Shown: positions 22,991 through 34,797 of the stretch, piece by piece
How positions within the stretch are numbered: position 1 is the first letter of the stretch
Layout: each line of letters starts with the position of its first letter
Assembly: GCA_051047955.1 (NCBI GenBank)
Contig: JBPGPT010000008.1
Location: 310,001-374,000, forward strand
DNA: 64,000 nucleotides
Direction: 5' to 3'
From: Cystobasidiomycetes sp. EMM_F5
Lineage: Eukaryota
The notes under the pieces: generated by a model
Databases searched by the model: none
Seen by the model: the letters and a program-made list of their open reading frames with translations, nothing else
What the model was told of the DNA's origin: nothing
Position numbers and translations under genes: made by a program

Positions 22991-23074
22991 CATGCATAGC
23001 ATACACTATCGCAGTTGACTCGAGACAGATGTTGTTGACAATAGTACTGCGTGGGACATTGTGGCACTGCCACA

Positions 23075-24072
23075 CTAGCGATGCCGTCTGGGACTCCTGC
23101 TTCGCTCTCTGTGCCTATCACCTGGTCTGGCCTCATTGCGATGATCGTCTCTTCGCCCCGCATCGCTGTCCCACCTCGACCGTTTCCGATCTTCGCGGTC
23201 CTTAACGGGCAGCGTCGAGTATCTTGAAGAGGTAGAACTAGCATTATCTAAACTTCGCGAATATCGATCTTTACTGCTCGACGATTGGCTACTAGACTCA
23301 AATTCGATGTTGGATCGTTTTCCTCGCTCCTGCGCTTTCTGACGTTCTTCGCTCTTTTGCTTTTGAGTTTCGGCTGTCAATCAAATCAATATAGAGTTCA
23401 CATGCAAACGGTCGCTATTTTGCGGCTGACCTATTGCATCCGCCCAAGCATCAGCTCCCATTCCGGCCGAACTCTCCCAGACTTGTGCTGGAAAGGCAGA
23501 CTTCTTTTCGTCGACGGCAACAAAGTCTACGAGTTTTTGGAGGATTGACGGATTGCGAAATGACTTGTTGGCTTGTAGAGTCGCATTGAATCGGATGCCT
23601 TGAGCACGGAGAGAGTGAAAGTGCCGCAGTTTTGCCTAGAAAGGTAGAATCGCTCAGACAGTATGCCCGTGTGCTATCGGTCGATTCTACTGACATCGAG
23701 GGTTGGGTCTGGCCCGATGTCCGGCGATGGCGGCGGTATCCCATACTCTGCAAGACCCCATCGACGGCTCCGAGACTTGTGAGACGACGTTTGAGGAATC
23801 CTGGGTTGTTCTATGTGTGCTTCGGCAGCGGATGCTTGGTTTTCATGAGTCTCATGTTCTGCTTGCGTAGGTTCACCGCTCTCCACGCTCGGACTGGGCA
23901 GCGGCGTAGGCACTAGTTCGCCATGCCTTGCTAAGCGTGTTCGAAGCTGTTCTTCGCGAGAATGGAGGAGCTGCCGGGCTACATGGTTGACCATTCAACG
24001 TCAGTACACACCGCGGTCTGGCATTAAACCCAGCTCACCATCTGCGAGACCGCGTACAGTCAATACCGGCAT
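23075..24072 (-). CDS. HCNGP/SAP30-binding-protein-like protein
   Basis: The internal exon reads AKLRHFHSLRAQGIRFNATLQANKSFRNPSILQKLVDFVAVDEKKSAFP, typical of the HCNGP domain. The C-terminus is RS/RD-rich with KRSRWD. The start is approximate. Confidence 0.75.
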
Positions 24073-24350
24073 TTGCTGCAGCACAACAAGACAAGCGGAG
24101 GGGGTTGCAGCTGGAAGTATGAAGCCATTCCGACGGCTTGTTGCGCCTCACCTCGTCAGCCTGCTGCAGCTGTGATGTCGAAGCATGAGGAGCTTCGGGC
24201 GTATCTGGCGGCATATTGAGTGCAAAGATGGACAGGAATGGCTGTTGAGATGGAAAGAGAATGAAAGGCAGGGTTCGTTTGACTTGCTAAACTATAACGC
24301 TTGATATAAACGATCGAATACCGGTCTTGACGCCGCCCGACCGCAGTGCA

Positions 24351-25909
24351 ATGGTGCAGCTGCTGAGCGGCACGGCAGTCCGCTTCTGTCCTCGAATATG
24401 GTCAACATGGTCGACATGCCTAGCTGCGGCCTTGTTTCTGGCTCTGTCTGCGTTGCCCGGTGCTGTCCACAGTAGTCTGGCCGAGAGTACCAACAACTGG
24501 GCAGTCCTGGTCTGCACGTCGCGTTACTGGTGTGTCGTAGTCCTGTAGCCCTCGTCGTACGGCGGAGACTGAAGTTCCCCGCATGGATAGGTTCAATTAC
24601 CGCGTAAATGGGCAACACATATCCGCGTCGCAATTTGAGACTAACCTCTGTGCATTTACGTAGCATATGGCAAATACATTGGGAATGTATGATCACCCAG
24701 CCCTGACGTTGTCGCAATGTGTCGATTAATCAGTGTGTGAACAGGTATCGGACAGTGAAACGGCTCGGCATTCCCGACAGCAATATAATCCTAATGCTCG
24801 CAGACGATGCGGCATGTAACTCTCGGAATGCGTATGCAGGCAAGGTGTTTGGCAGTTCCCATCGACAGCTGGATCTCTACGGCGAGAGCATAGAGGTCGA
24901 CTACCGCGGCTACGAAGTCAGCGTCGAGAATTTTATCCGTTTACTGACGGGTGAGTGCATGTGTGTGTCCTCCTCGTCACGCATTCCAACGTTAATGATA
25001 TCTAGGGCGAACAAATCCCGATACCCCCGTCTCGAAACGGCTCAACACGGACGAACGAAGCAACATTTTCATATACATGACGGGCCATGGAGGTGACGAA
25101 TTCCTCAAGTTTCAAGACGCCGAGGAGATTTCGGCTTTCGACGTAGCAGACGCTTTTCAGCAAATGCACGTCCAAAAGCGGTACGTTGGCTAACAGCCTG
25201 TGATTAATACCCGTCCACTGTCGCTCACTCTTTTTCAATGAAACAGATACAAGGAGATCTTCTTCATGATTGATACCTGCCAGGCCAATACCATGTATTC
25301 GAAATTCTACTCGCCAGGCGTCCTGGCAACCGGAAGTTCGCGCAAAGGCGAAAATTCCTATTCAGTGCGTCCAGAACAAACTTATGTGCAAAACATACCT
25401 GACTGCCATCACAGGATCACAGCGATCCAGACATTGGGGTGGCCGTAATTGACCGGTATACGCGCTTTGTCCTGGAATACCTGGAGGGAGTAAACAAGAC
25501 TTCCGAAACGACGATGCAGGATTTGTTTAACAAGTACAACTTTGACGATATACACTCACTTCCGGGCGTCAGGACCGACCTGTATCCGAGAAGTCCGTCA
25601 GAAGTGCGGTTGACGGAATTCTTTGGTGGAGTTGCCGAAGTATCGCTTGAAGAGAACTATCCTGGTCTCGAGCCAGCGCAAGATGAGCCATCTCCGGCTG
25701 ATCGTAGCCCGGACGTCTCTTCGTCAATACCCAGACGGCGGACAAGACGTCTCCCGCCTAAATTTGAGGATCCTCTTGTTATTCGCAGCAAGCGGAGAAA
25801 GGTGATGGAGAGCTTCAGCACCAAGTTCGAGTACGGTGCTATACTCTTTGTCGTGCATGCTCCTATCCTATTCCTATCGCTGTACTATAGATCAATATTG
25901 AAAGACTAG
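24351..25909 (+). CDS. GPI8: GPI transamidase catalytic subunit (peptidase C13)
   Basis: [66 protein letters not shown], catalytic TGHGG and IDTCQA, C-terminal TM helix. Confidence 0.95.
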
Positions 25910-25956
25910 ACCACGTCACCACGTTGCAAGCTGTTTGTCGTTGTCTCTACAATTTC

Positions 25957-27546
25957 ATGCGTCCATCGCTCGCAAGATGGACAGCTGATGCCTACAAACG
26001 CGGCAGCATTGCCAAACTCGTACAGCAGCATCATGCACAGTCTGCTAACACCCGCTCGTTGGAATCAGTACAAGTCCAGGCATGGATCCGTTCAGTACGC
26101 AAACAGAAGAAATACTCATTCTTGAGCCTCTCGGACGGCAGCTCGCACAGCGGCCTGCAAGCTGTCGTTAGCAATGATGTACTTGGAAACCTGTTGAGCA
26201 GCGAGAACGATGCTTCTGCAGGCCATTCACTAGCTACCGGTGCCAGCGTAAGGCTGCAAGGCAAGCTGGTCGCAAAGCAGGGTGGTCGCGCTACGAGCAT
26301 CGATGCGGTACGCGACAACAACGAAGTAGAGCTGCACGTCGAGGCTGTTGAGGTCCTTGGCGCTTGCGACGGTGCGGCCGTCTTATATGTGACGTCGTAC
26401 AACATTTTGAATATACCTTACCTCGCAGGATCTAGCTATCCCATGCAAAAGAAGGATCACAGCTATCCTTTCCTGCGAAGGAACGCTCACTTCCGCGGGA
26501 GAACAGCTTTAATCGCAGCGATGCTTCGTGTTAGAGACGCCATGACAAGATCGGCATACAACTACTTTGCGCAAGAAGGCTATCTCAACGTAGCTATGCC
26601 GCTCATTACCTCCTCAGACTGTGAAGGAGCAGGAGAAGTCTTCTCGATCGTGCACGGCCCGTCTCGCAAACCATTCTATGATGACCCAGCATATCTTACT
26701 GTTTCTGGTCAGCTGCACCTGGAAGCTATGGCCGTGGGCGGCGCACTAGGGCGAGCTTGGCACCTTACGCCAGCTTTTCGTGCGGAAAGAAGCGATACAA
26801 ACAGGCATTTGAACGAGTTTTGGATGCTTGAAGCAGAATTATCATTCACAGAATCGTTAGAGGATGTGCTGCAAACGGTCGAGAATCTCATCCGCCGCAT
26901 CAGCAAAGATGTTTCAAGTCAGCTGGAGCCAGTCCTGCGGACGTCTCTGCCGTCTGGTTGGGAAGCTGTGCAGTCGGTCAATAGAGCTCCGCGATGGCAA
27001 CGGATGACGTACGCTCAAGCCATTAAGGAACTCCAGCAAACCGCAAACGCCGAGCCTGAGCGCTTCCAACATACGCCAGCCTGGTCGAGCGGCCTACGAT
27101 CAGAGCATGAGCGCTTCCTTGCAGATAAATATGGCCCAACGTTCGTTACCGACTATCCCGTATCGCAGAAACCGTTCTATATGCGCTTGAACGATAGTCC
27201 TACGTCAGGCAATGCAGTCGGAGCAGTGTCAGTTGGCGCGCTGTCGTCCTTTGCTGATGCAGACGAGCCAACAGTCGCTTGTTTCGACCTGCTTGTACCG
27301 CGCATAGGCGAGTTGGTCGGCGGATCGCTTCGCGAGGAAAGGTTGGATAGATTGCGCGAGTCCATGGCAAATAAAGGCATGGATGAAACGAGCTACGAAT
27401 GGTATTTAGACTTGCGCAGGTACGGCAGTGTCCCACACGGTGGATTTGGGTTAGGCTGGGAACGGCTCGTGAGCTGGCTGACGGGCATAGAGAATGTCAG
27501 AGAATGCATAGCTTTTCCTAGGGCAGCAGAAGGTAGCAGATTTTAG
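25957..27546 (+). CDS. SLM5: Asparaginyl-tRNA synthetase, mitochondrial type
   Basis: OB-fold WIRSVRKQK..LSDGS, YPMQKK, PLITSSDCEGAGEVF, LTVSGQLHLE, FRAERSDTNRHLNEFWMLEAE, WYLDLRRYGSVPHGGFGLGWERL; basic N-terminal presequence; probable 57-nt intron at 26372-26428. Confidence 0.93.
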   Translation: MRPSLARWTADAYKRGSIAKLVQQHHAQSANTRSLESVQVQAWIRSVRKQKKYSFLSLSDGSSHSGLQAVVSNDVLGNLLSSENDASAGHSLATGASVRLQGKLVAKQGGRATSIDAVRDNNEVELHVEAVEVLGACDGAAVLYVTSYNILNIPYLAGSSYPMQKKDHSYPFLRRNAHFRGRTALIAAMLRVRDAMTRSAYNYFAQEGYLNVAMPLITSSDCEGAGEVFSIVHGPSRKPFYDDPAYLTVSGQLHLEAMAVGGALGRAWHLTPAFRAERSDTNRHLNEFWMLEAELSFTESLEDVLQTVENLIRRISKDVSSQLEPVLRTSLPSGWEAVQSVNRAPRWQRMTYAQAIKELQQTANAEPERFQHTPAWSSGLRSEHERFLADKYGPTFVTDYPVSQKPFYMRLNDSPTSGNAVGAVSVGALSSFADADEPTVACFDLLVPRIGELVGGSLREERLDRLRESMANKGMDETSYEWYLDLRRYGSVPHGGFGLGWERLVSWLTGIENVRECIAFPRAAEGSRF

Positions 27547-27784
27547 TGTTTTCTCATACTCGGGACTGGCTTTTGCGAAGTATACGACAGCTTGCAGGCC
27601 ATTCAGCTTGACTGTAGTTCATGTTGCACCACTACTAATATACAAGGCGGACCAGCTTGTCTCGTTCGGTTCCTGAAGACCAGTATTCAGACCCCGGACG
27701 AAACCTTTGAGGGTATACGGAGAGCTCGTATGGGTGCATCCGAGGAGCGCAGCGAAATACGCTTCGTTTTTGTGCAGGACTCGT

Positions 27785-28605
27785 CTATCGTCGACCGCCT
27801 CTTGGGCCACCCACTAACGCAGAAGCATCCTGTCAGTACATCAAAGTATACGGGAAAGGAATAGATCTGCGCACTTCCTCGCCCTCTGCCTCTCCCTCCT
27901 CTTCCACCGCGATCACCTCTGCCTCTGGCCGCACCACCACGATCCGCTGCGCCTTCCTTTCTCTTTTTCGGCTTTGGCGCATCATCGACCAGTAGCGTAT
28001 CGAGCGGTAAGGAATCTGGCAGGATGTAGTATCGAATATTGGAGCCTCGGATGCTCAGGCTGTCGAGCGATTGAGGGTTGCGGTTCCGGACCGTCATCTT
28101 TACAGACTTTAGATGCGTGTTCATGGCCATATCCACGCCTGTTATACGTAGACAGTGTGCGTTGACATGAAGTTGCGTTGGCCGAATCGCATGCATGAGA
28201 ATTGTCGTTCATGTCGGCCAGTCAAGAGTTTCGAAAAAAGCGTATCGTCATAGTTGAAGCGAAAGGCAGTGATCGAGGCTCATCAGCTACCTTGTGAGCT
28301 ATAGAAGCAAGACGCCCTTGCCTGTTATCGTTCCGTGCACTTGCGTTCCATTCTTCAGTTCAATCGTGACCGTCTCGTTATTGAGCTTCATCCTGCGCAA
28401 CACACAAACGGCACCACGCCATTGGACGAATCAGCATCATCGTACAGCCGTTGCTTCGTCGTCGTTACGGCCATTGCATCCTCGACGTCCGTTTGTATCG
28501 CTGGACCAACTTACAAGAATCTGCAAATTGCCGGCCATGGTCAGCCTGGATGGCAGAGAAGCCTGGCACGCAGCCTGAGCTCTGCGCTTACCTGATGAGC
28601 TTCAT
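27785..28605 (-). CDS. SMD1: Small nuclear ribonucleoprotein Sm D1
   Basis: Spliced [41 protein letters not shown]...[23 protein letters not shown] with an RG-rich tail. Needs a 6-nt exon (28515-28520) and a GC-AG intron (28139-28321). Confidence 0.95.
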
Positions 28606-28803
28606 GATGGCAGAGTATTCTGAGCAGGTCTCGGGTTCAGAATGGTCGAAATAGGCAGAGTCCAAGCTGGTAGGCTTATACGATGCAGCGGTTTCAAGTG
28701 GATCTGATGGCTTGACTTTCCGACAACCACGAAGACAAGCCGGTAGCTGAAGGTTCTGCAGACTTGTGCAAGCATAACATAAAGCAGCTACTTCTGCGTG
28801 AGA

Positions 28804-29460
28804 ATGGCGGGGTCGCCGTATACCGCTTCGCTGGAAGCATGTCTGAACGGCATTGGATCCTGCAATACGACTGTGCGTCGGAAATAGCTGACATACGCGA
28901 ATACGTTCTGACATTCACATTCAAACAGCTGGGCGCCGCTCGAACGGCCTTGTCGGCCGTCACAGAAGACTACGATAGATTATCACGCGTACTCGCCGTC
29001 CGGCAGGCGTACGACCTTGTAACCGTAGACGAGATTAACGACAGCCTTCTCAGCCTCAAGAGAGCAGTGGAGCCGCAGATCCACGAGCTTATCAGTCTGG
29101 CCGAGTCTGGATTGACAGAGTTGCAAAAGCGAGAACGTAGTTTGTATGAACAGGTGAGCTGCCACATCGGATATACGCATCAGCAGCTTCACAGCTACCC
29201 AATAGCATAGCTAACATCGCCGCCATACCAGGTGGAAAGGCGCAAAATGCAAGCAGCGACGGCAGCTCCGCTTACTTCTGGAAGTCAGCACTACGCATCG
29301 TCACCCATGTCTGTGCAGTTTGCCGAGAAGCAGGCCAAGTTGATGGCCCTTCAGACAAAGAAAGAGTGAGCATGTCCCTACGAGCCCTGAGCCAGTGTTC
29401 ACGCTTTGACCGCGAAATAGAGCACTACTCAAGGCGATGGAGCGGAACAGTATCACTTAA
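28804..29460 (+). CDS. SPC19: DASH/Dam1 complex subunit Spc19
   Basis: Spliced MAGSPYTASLEACLNGIGSCNTT|LGAARTALSAVTEDYDRLSRVLAVRQAYDLV...AVEPQIHELISLAESGLTELQKRERSL matches the Spc19 pattern (D.PRL..VL...F/Y.L; EPQI..L...AE). Confidence 0.8.
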
Positions 29461-30115
29461 CATAGCGCACTAGAGCTTTGCTACGTAATTTGGTTACACT
29501 GCACACCCGGAGGACCAAGATGCGAAGCTCCGAATTGCGATCCTCGCGCGGACAGACAGCAAGTGGGCACATATGCAAGCGAAAAGGTCCCATCGCGTGT
29601 GTGAAGCTACGGAGAGGCGTTTCAGCCCGTACACAGTAATACAATACGCCTTTACCTACCCGCAAACTCGAGGACAGCCTATGCAGCAATATTGCGTGAC
29701 TGTCAATCCGCAACGATGATTGCACGAACATCTGATGCCAGCAGCAATGAAGAATGAAGACGCAGAGTCCGTGTCAATCAGGTTACATTGCCAGAAAAAG
29801 CGCTTGTACTATACAACGTGTCAAGATGCGCTCGCATCCGAAAGCTAGGTGGAGAAGGCCAAGTTGAGCCTTGTAGAATCTACGCATAAATGGCGCGGAC
29901 CAAGTGTAGTATTCAAGATAGCCTTGGCGTATGCCGTATAGTCACCTCAGAAGAGGCTACTTTCTCCCGTCTTGCTTTGTTGAGTAGGCTGTGCGACTGT
30001 GTGCCTAGCTGTCGCCAAATTTGCCACCTCCACGATTTCGACTACTCGCCGAAATCTCAAACAACGAGAGAGCTTCTGCTTCCTTGCCTTCTAATTTCCA
30101 GACCAGGAGGGAACC

Positions 30116-32465
30116 ATGGCTGCAGCTGTCAGCTCGCACGGAAACGAGGAACGCAAATGGTGGAAAGAGGTGAATGAAGTGATGGTTTGCACTGAAGAAG
30201 CGAGATTGCTGACCGTGTGGTAAAATCAGGCGATAGTCTATCAGGTGTATCCCAGATCATTCAAAGACTCGAATGGCGACGGTATCGGCGACATCAAGGG
30301 CATTACCTCTCAATTGGATCATTTGAAAGAGGTGACGACATTGGTAGTATCTGACATTGTATCAAGCTAACGGGAGACTTTAGCTTGGTGTCGATGTACT
30401 CTGGGTCTCTCCGTTCTTCAAGAGTCCTCAGAAAGATTTCGGTTATGATATTGTGAGAAGCCCCGTGAAAAAAACAAGTTCCATCGTGGACCGCTAACGC
30501 ACAAGCTTGTCCTGTAGTCAGACTACCTCGACATCCATGAAGAGTACGGCAACTTGGACGATGTAGACGAGCTCATTCGCGAATTGCACAAGCGGGGCAT
30601 GAAATTGATGATTGACGGGGTCTGGAACCATTCGTCAGATCAACACGCGTGGTTCCTCGAGTCTCGGTCTTCCAAGACGAATCCGAAACGAGATTGGTAC
30701 ATCTGGCGTCCACCAAAATACGATGCTCAAGGGAATCGCAAACCGCCGAATAATTGGCTCGCTGTTTTCCGCGGAGAGAGCGCGTGGACGTGGGATGAGA
30801 CTACGCAGGAATACTACTTGAGACTGTTTGTCAAGCAACAACCGGATCTGAACTGGGATAATCCAAAAGTCCGGACTGCCATCCACGATGTCATGCGCTT
30901 TTGGCTGGCCCGAGGCGTAGATGGTTTCAGAGTAAGTAGACTCACGGCCATATCGCTATTTGATGCATGCTAATACTTGCCTAAATACAGATGGATGTCA
31001 TTGCCTTCATTAGCAAGACGGTCGGACTGCCTGATGCTAGCATCAGAGAAGAGGGCTATGAGATGCAGCCAGCATGGGAGCACTACGCCGGTCAGAACAA
31101 GGTCCACGACTTCATTCAGGAGATGAATAGGGAGGTTCTGTCCAAGTACGATTGTATCACCGTCGGAGAGGTGCCCTGCATACAGGATAGCGAAAAGCTG
31201 GGTAAGTGCATCCATCTCAAACGTCAAGGCACCTGTGCTCAGTACTGCTATCTTTGATTCAGCGGCTTTCTCCAAGATTGACAATCGAGAATTGCAGATG
31301 GTCGGGCTTTCTACCACAAAGCTTGATTGATGCTAATGATACAAAACACAGATCTTCACGTTCGAGCAGATGGACGTTGACTCGACCAGTACCAGCATGC
31401 TGTCGTATAGACCATTCCTGCTCTCTGAGCTCAAAGGCATCTGGAACAGGCTGCAAGTCGAGATACCTGAGCATGGGTAGGTGGATTACGTCTCTGCGAG
31501 CCTTGCAATCTGTGCTGACCGACTCCATCCCAGTGGCTGGAATTGTAAGTTGTGCTGGATTTCTTCACTCGAGACGCTCCGCTAATCCTCAGTATCAGCG
31601 ATCTACATCTCGAATCACGACCAGGCTCGCCCAGTGTCCCGCTTTGGAAGTGATTTGCCAGAGTTTCGAGACGTGTCTGCCAAGATGCTCGCTACTTTTA
31701 CCTCTACACTCAGTGGAACTCTTTACGTCTATCAAGTTAGTTCTTTGTCCAACAAGCTCCAAGCTGCCTCTATACTGATATCAAGGAATGGATAGGGAGA
31801 GGAGATTGCGATGGCCAACGTCCCCAAAACTTGGACATTGGAAGACTATCCTGATCCAGCGACTCACTTGTACTACAATGAGGTCAAGCAGCGACGCCTC
31901 GAAGCCAATCCTGACAAAGACCCCGATATGACCGATATTCTCTCAGATTTGCAACACAAAGCACGAGATAACGCACGCACTCCCATGCAGTGGTCGACAG
32001 CTACGAATGCTGGATTTTCAGATTCTCCCAATACTGCGGCGAAACCGTGGATGAGAGTGAATCCCGACTATGTGAAGTATAACGTGGAGACGGAGCGATC
32101 GGACCCGAACAGTGTCCTTTCGTACTGGAAGAAGGCGATTCAGTTCCGAAAGGCCAATCTGGCTTGCGTATGTCTACGGTATCTTAGACGTTTTGTAAAG
32201 ACTGACGAGGTGCGGAGTGCAGACGTACGGTATATTTCGACAATTGGAACCAGAAAACGAGCAGCTCTTCATCTATACCAAGAGTCATGCCTCTCAGACC
32301 CTCCTGGTCGTTCTCAATTTTACAAAGCAAGAGCAGTCCTGGCAGATACCAGCAGAATGCGGCAAGGCATCTAGACTGTCTGGCAATTTCGATGATGCCA
32401 GTCTCGTGTATGGCACCCTCGCATTGCGACCCTTTGAAGCAGTGGTCTTTGGTCTGTCCAAGTAG
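30116..32465 (+). CDS. GH13 alpha-glucosidase / oligo-1,6-glucosidase (maltase-like)
   Basis: [57 protein letters not shown] (nucleophile), TVGE (acid/base), [15 protein letters not shown]. Confidence 0.95.
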
Positions 32466-32558
32466 ACGCAGATTAGACAGAAGGTCAGTGCGCAATTGCA
32501 GAAGAGCTGGCAGTTTGCATTGCATGGATGAGAGTGGCATAATAAGCATACATAGCAT

Positions 32559-33212
32559 CTATTTGTTCCCTTCTACTGTCATTTCTGCAACAGCGCTAGT
32601 CGTCAACGCGTTAGAGACTGTACCTGCCATTTCCATTCAGTCTCCAAACAGGCTTACCTTTTCAAAACAGCCTGGTGTCTTGCGATCTTTCGTTCCAGCT
32701 TGCTGCATCCAGATTGTAGCATCGTCTCTGCCTTTTGCAGACGATCCAGCATGTCGTCAAGAGTAACGTGTTCCCTGAGCAGCTCTTCTTGAGTGTCCGT
32801 TTCCTGCTCGTACCGCTCAGACGTCGGAACAGGTTGTGCGTCGTATGTTTTCGAGAATGATGCAACTCCCTGGCGGATGCTTTTACGGATATCCTGTCGT
32901 TGTGAGTTGCACTCTCGACGGATATCTTCAATGGCGGCATCATCTGTCTCGCTAGTCACAAGACACAGATTGAGCGATATTACAAACACAACGGACGTAC
33001 ACTCACCGCTTCTTGCGCTTCTTGTCGGTCCCTCTCACTGTGTCCACCGCGTCTTGGACATCCTCTCTCGTCAGCGTCTCATCGAGGGTAATCTTGTCGA
33101 GGAGGAATGACTCGAGTATGCTATTAGTCGACACTTCTGGGCGTCGTGCTAGCGGCAGTGAGAGTGACTGCTGAGATTCTCCATTACTGCTTCCGCCTTG
33201 CTGTTTTGACAT
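32559..33212 (-). CDS. Putative inner-kinetochore Nkp2/Cnl2-like coiled-coil protein
   Basis: 3-exon model: STNSILESFLLDKITLDETLT...IEDIRRECNSQRQDIRKSIRQGV...TLDDMLDRLQKAETMLQSGCSKLERKI. This resembles Cnl2/Nkp2 (IL..FLL....L...I; QR......I; C-terminal coiled coil), recognised by eye only. Confidence 0.5.
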
Positions 33213-33400
33213 TGTATGCGAAACGCAGGAGCAGCCATGGCTAGACACGAGCAGTCGGGTTCACTGCAGAAGCATTTTTGTTAAAAGGAGGATGTCGCGA
33301 GTGACAGAATTCAAATGAATGGTCCTTTTGATTAGTAGTGTCCTGAAATGCAACTAATCCAAGCCCGTTTTCACTTCGACTAATCAACGTCACACCCGCA

Positions 33401-34480
33401 ATGGCAGCTCGGACGACAGCTGTAGACGGCAGCAGCAGCAGTGCAGGAGCCAGACCTGGCAAGAGCACAGCCAGCAAAGAGATGGACGCAACGCTCGACA
33501 AGGTAGCCAGCATGGTGGGTGGGGTCGATACTCTGGCACAGGCTCGGTTCATGCTGAACCGTGGATATGGTCACCAGCCAAAGGGGGAAGCGAAGCAGTT
33601 GAGACGATTGTGCGCCGTTGATCTGTCTGTACTGGCAAGGATGGGTTGGCTGACTTGGCTTTCATTGCCGACAGCATCGACGACTCTGGTCACTTTTCCT
33701 TGGTCCGCAATTTCAGAGCGGCAGACTGTATCACCATCATGAATGGCGTGTGCGGTAGTCTGTCCATCTTCAATAGCGGAAAGTACCTCTTGACCAGTCA
33801 GCGGCATTACCTTTGGTGAGTGCTTCGCTCGCGTTGCTTTTAGCCTGCGCAATGGGTCATGGTGCCTGGATACACGTATTAACGAGATGTGTACGATAAA
33901 TAGGATTGGACTGGTGTTGCCCATTGCAGGCGCGATATTCGATCTGATGGACGGCAAGGTTGCAAGGTGGAGGAACGAGAGTAGCATGCTTGGGCAAGAG
34001 CTCGACAGTCTGGCAGACCTGGTGCGCTCACAACGTCCATTACCTTCTCGCTCTGTCCTCATCAGTGTTCCTTGCGTCTTTCGACAGATCTCATTCGGCT
34101 TGGCTCCTGCTTTCATCGCCTTCACCATCGGACTGCGAAGCACTTCGGACATTTTCATCCTGACCACCTTTGTATGCTGTGGCTTGGCCCGTCTAGCGCG
34201 ATTCAACGCAACGGTCGCACTGATTCCAAAGGATTCTACGGGAAAGTCTCAATACTTTGAAGGCGTTCCCATCCCTTCGTCACTCATTCTCGTATCGTGC
34301 ATGGCCTTTCTCGTAGGCACCGACAGGATCGATGGACCGCCTGTCCAAGGCAGAGGACTGCCGTGGGGACTCGTCAAGCCCTTTATCGATACTCCGCTCG
34401 AGATGCATTGGATCAGCCTCATCTTTGCGGCGTGGGCGGCACTCATGGTCTCAAAGACGCTGCACGTGCCAAAGCCATAG
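33401..34480 (+). CDS. CHO1: CDP-diacylglycerol--serine O-phosphatidyltransferase (phosphatidylserine synthase)
   Basis: GHFSLVRNFRAADCITIMNG, CDP-alcohol phosphotransferase motif DLMDGKVARWRNESSMLGQELDSLAD, GLARLARFN, YFEGVPIP, MVSKTLHVPKP. Confidence 0.95.
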
Positions 34481-34797
34481 GCAGTTGCAGTACACCTGCC
34501 AGAGACGGTCAGCATAGCTTGCATACGTGCTCGAGTAAGGGCTTGGTGAGGAATCATGTGTTCATGTACTACTAGATTGAGTGTCAGCCGTCGAGATAAA
34601 CGTAGGCGGCTGGCATAAAGCCAATTCGAGGCAGCAAGTCTCATAACGTAGTGTTGGCATTGCAGGCAGACAACAGTATGAAGACAAGGCCAAGCTGACT
34701 GAGTGTGAAGGGCAAGTCGGTAGAGTCTGAAGGACGTCCAACGAGTAGAGAATATCGAAGGGGGCATTGAAAAGGACGATATGAATCGACAGGATAA

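Noticed and set aside
28200..28290. Possible intronic box C/D snoRNA in the SmD1 intron (CTGATGA on the minus strand)
   Set aside because: There is no convincing downstream CTGA box D or terminal stem.
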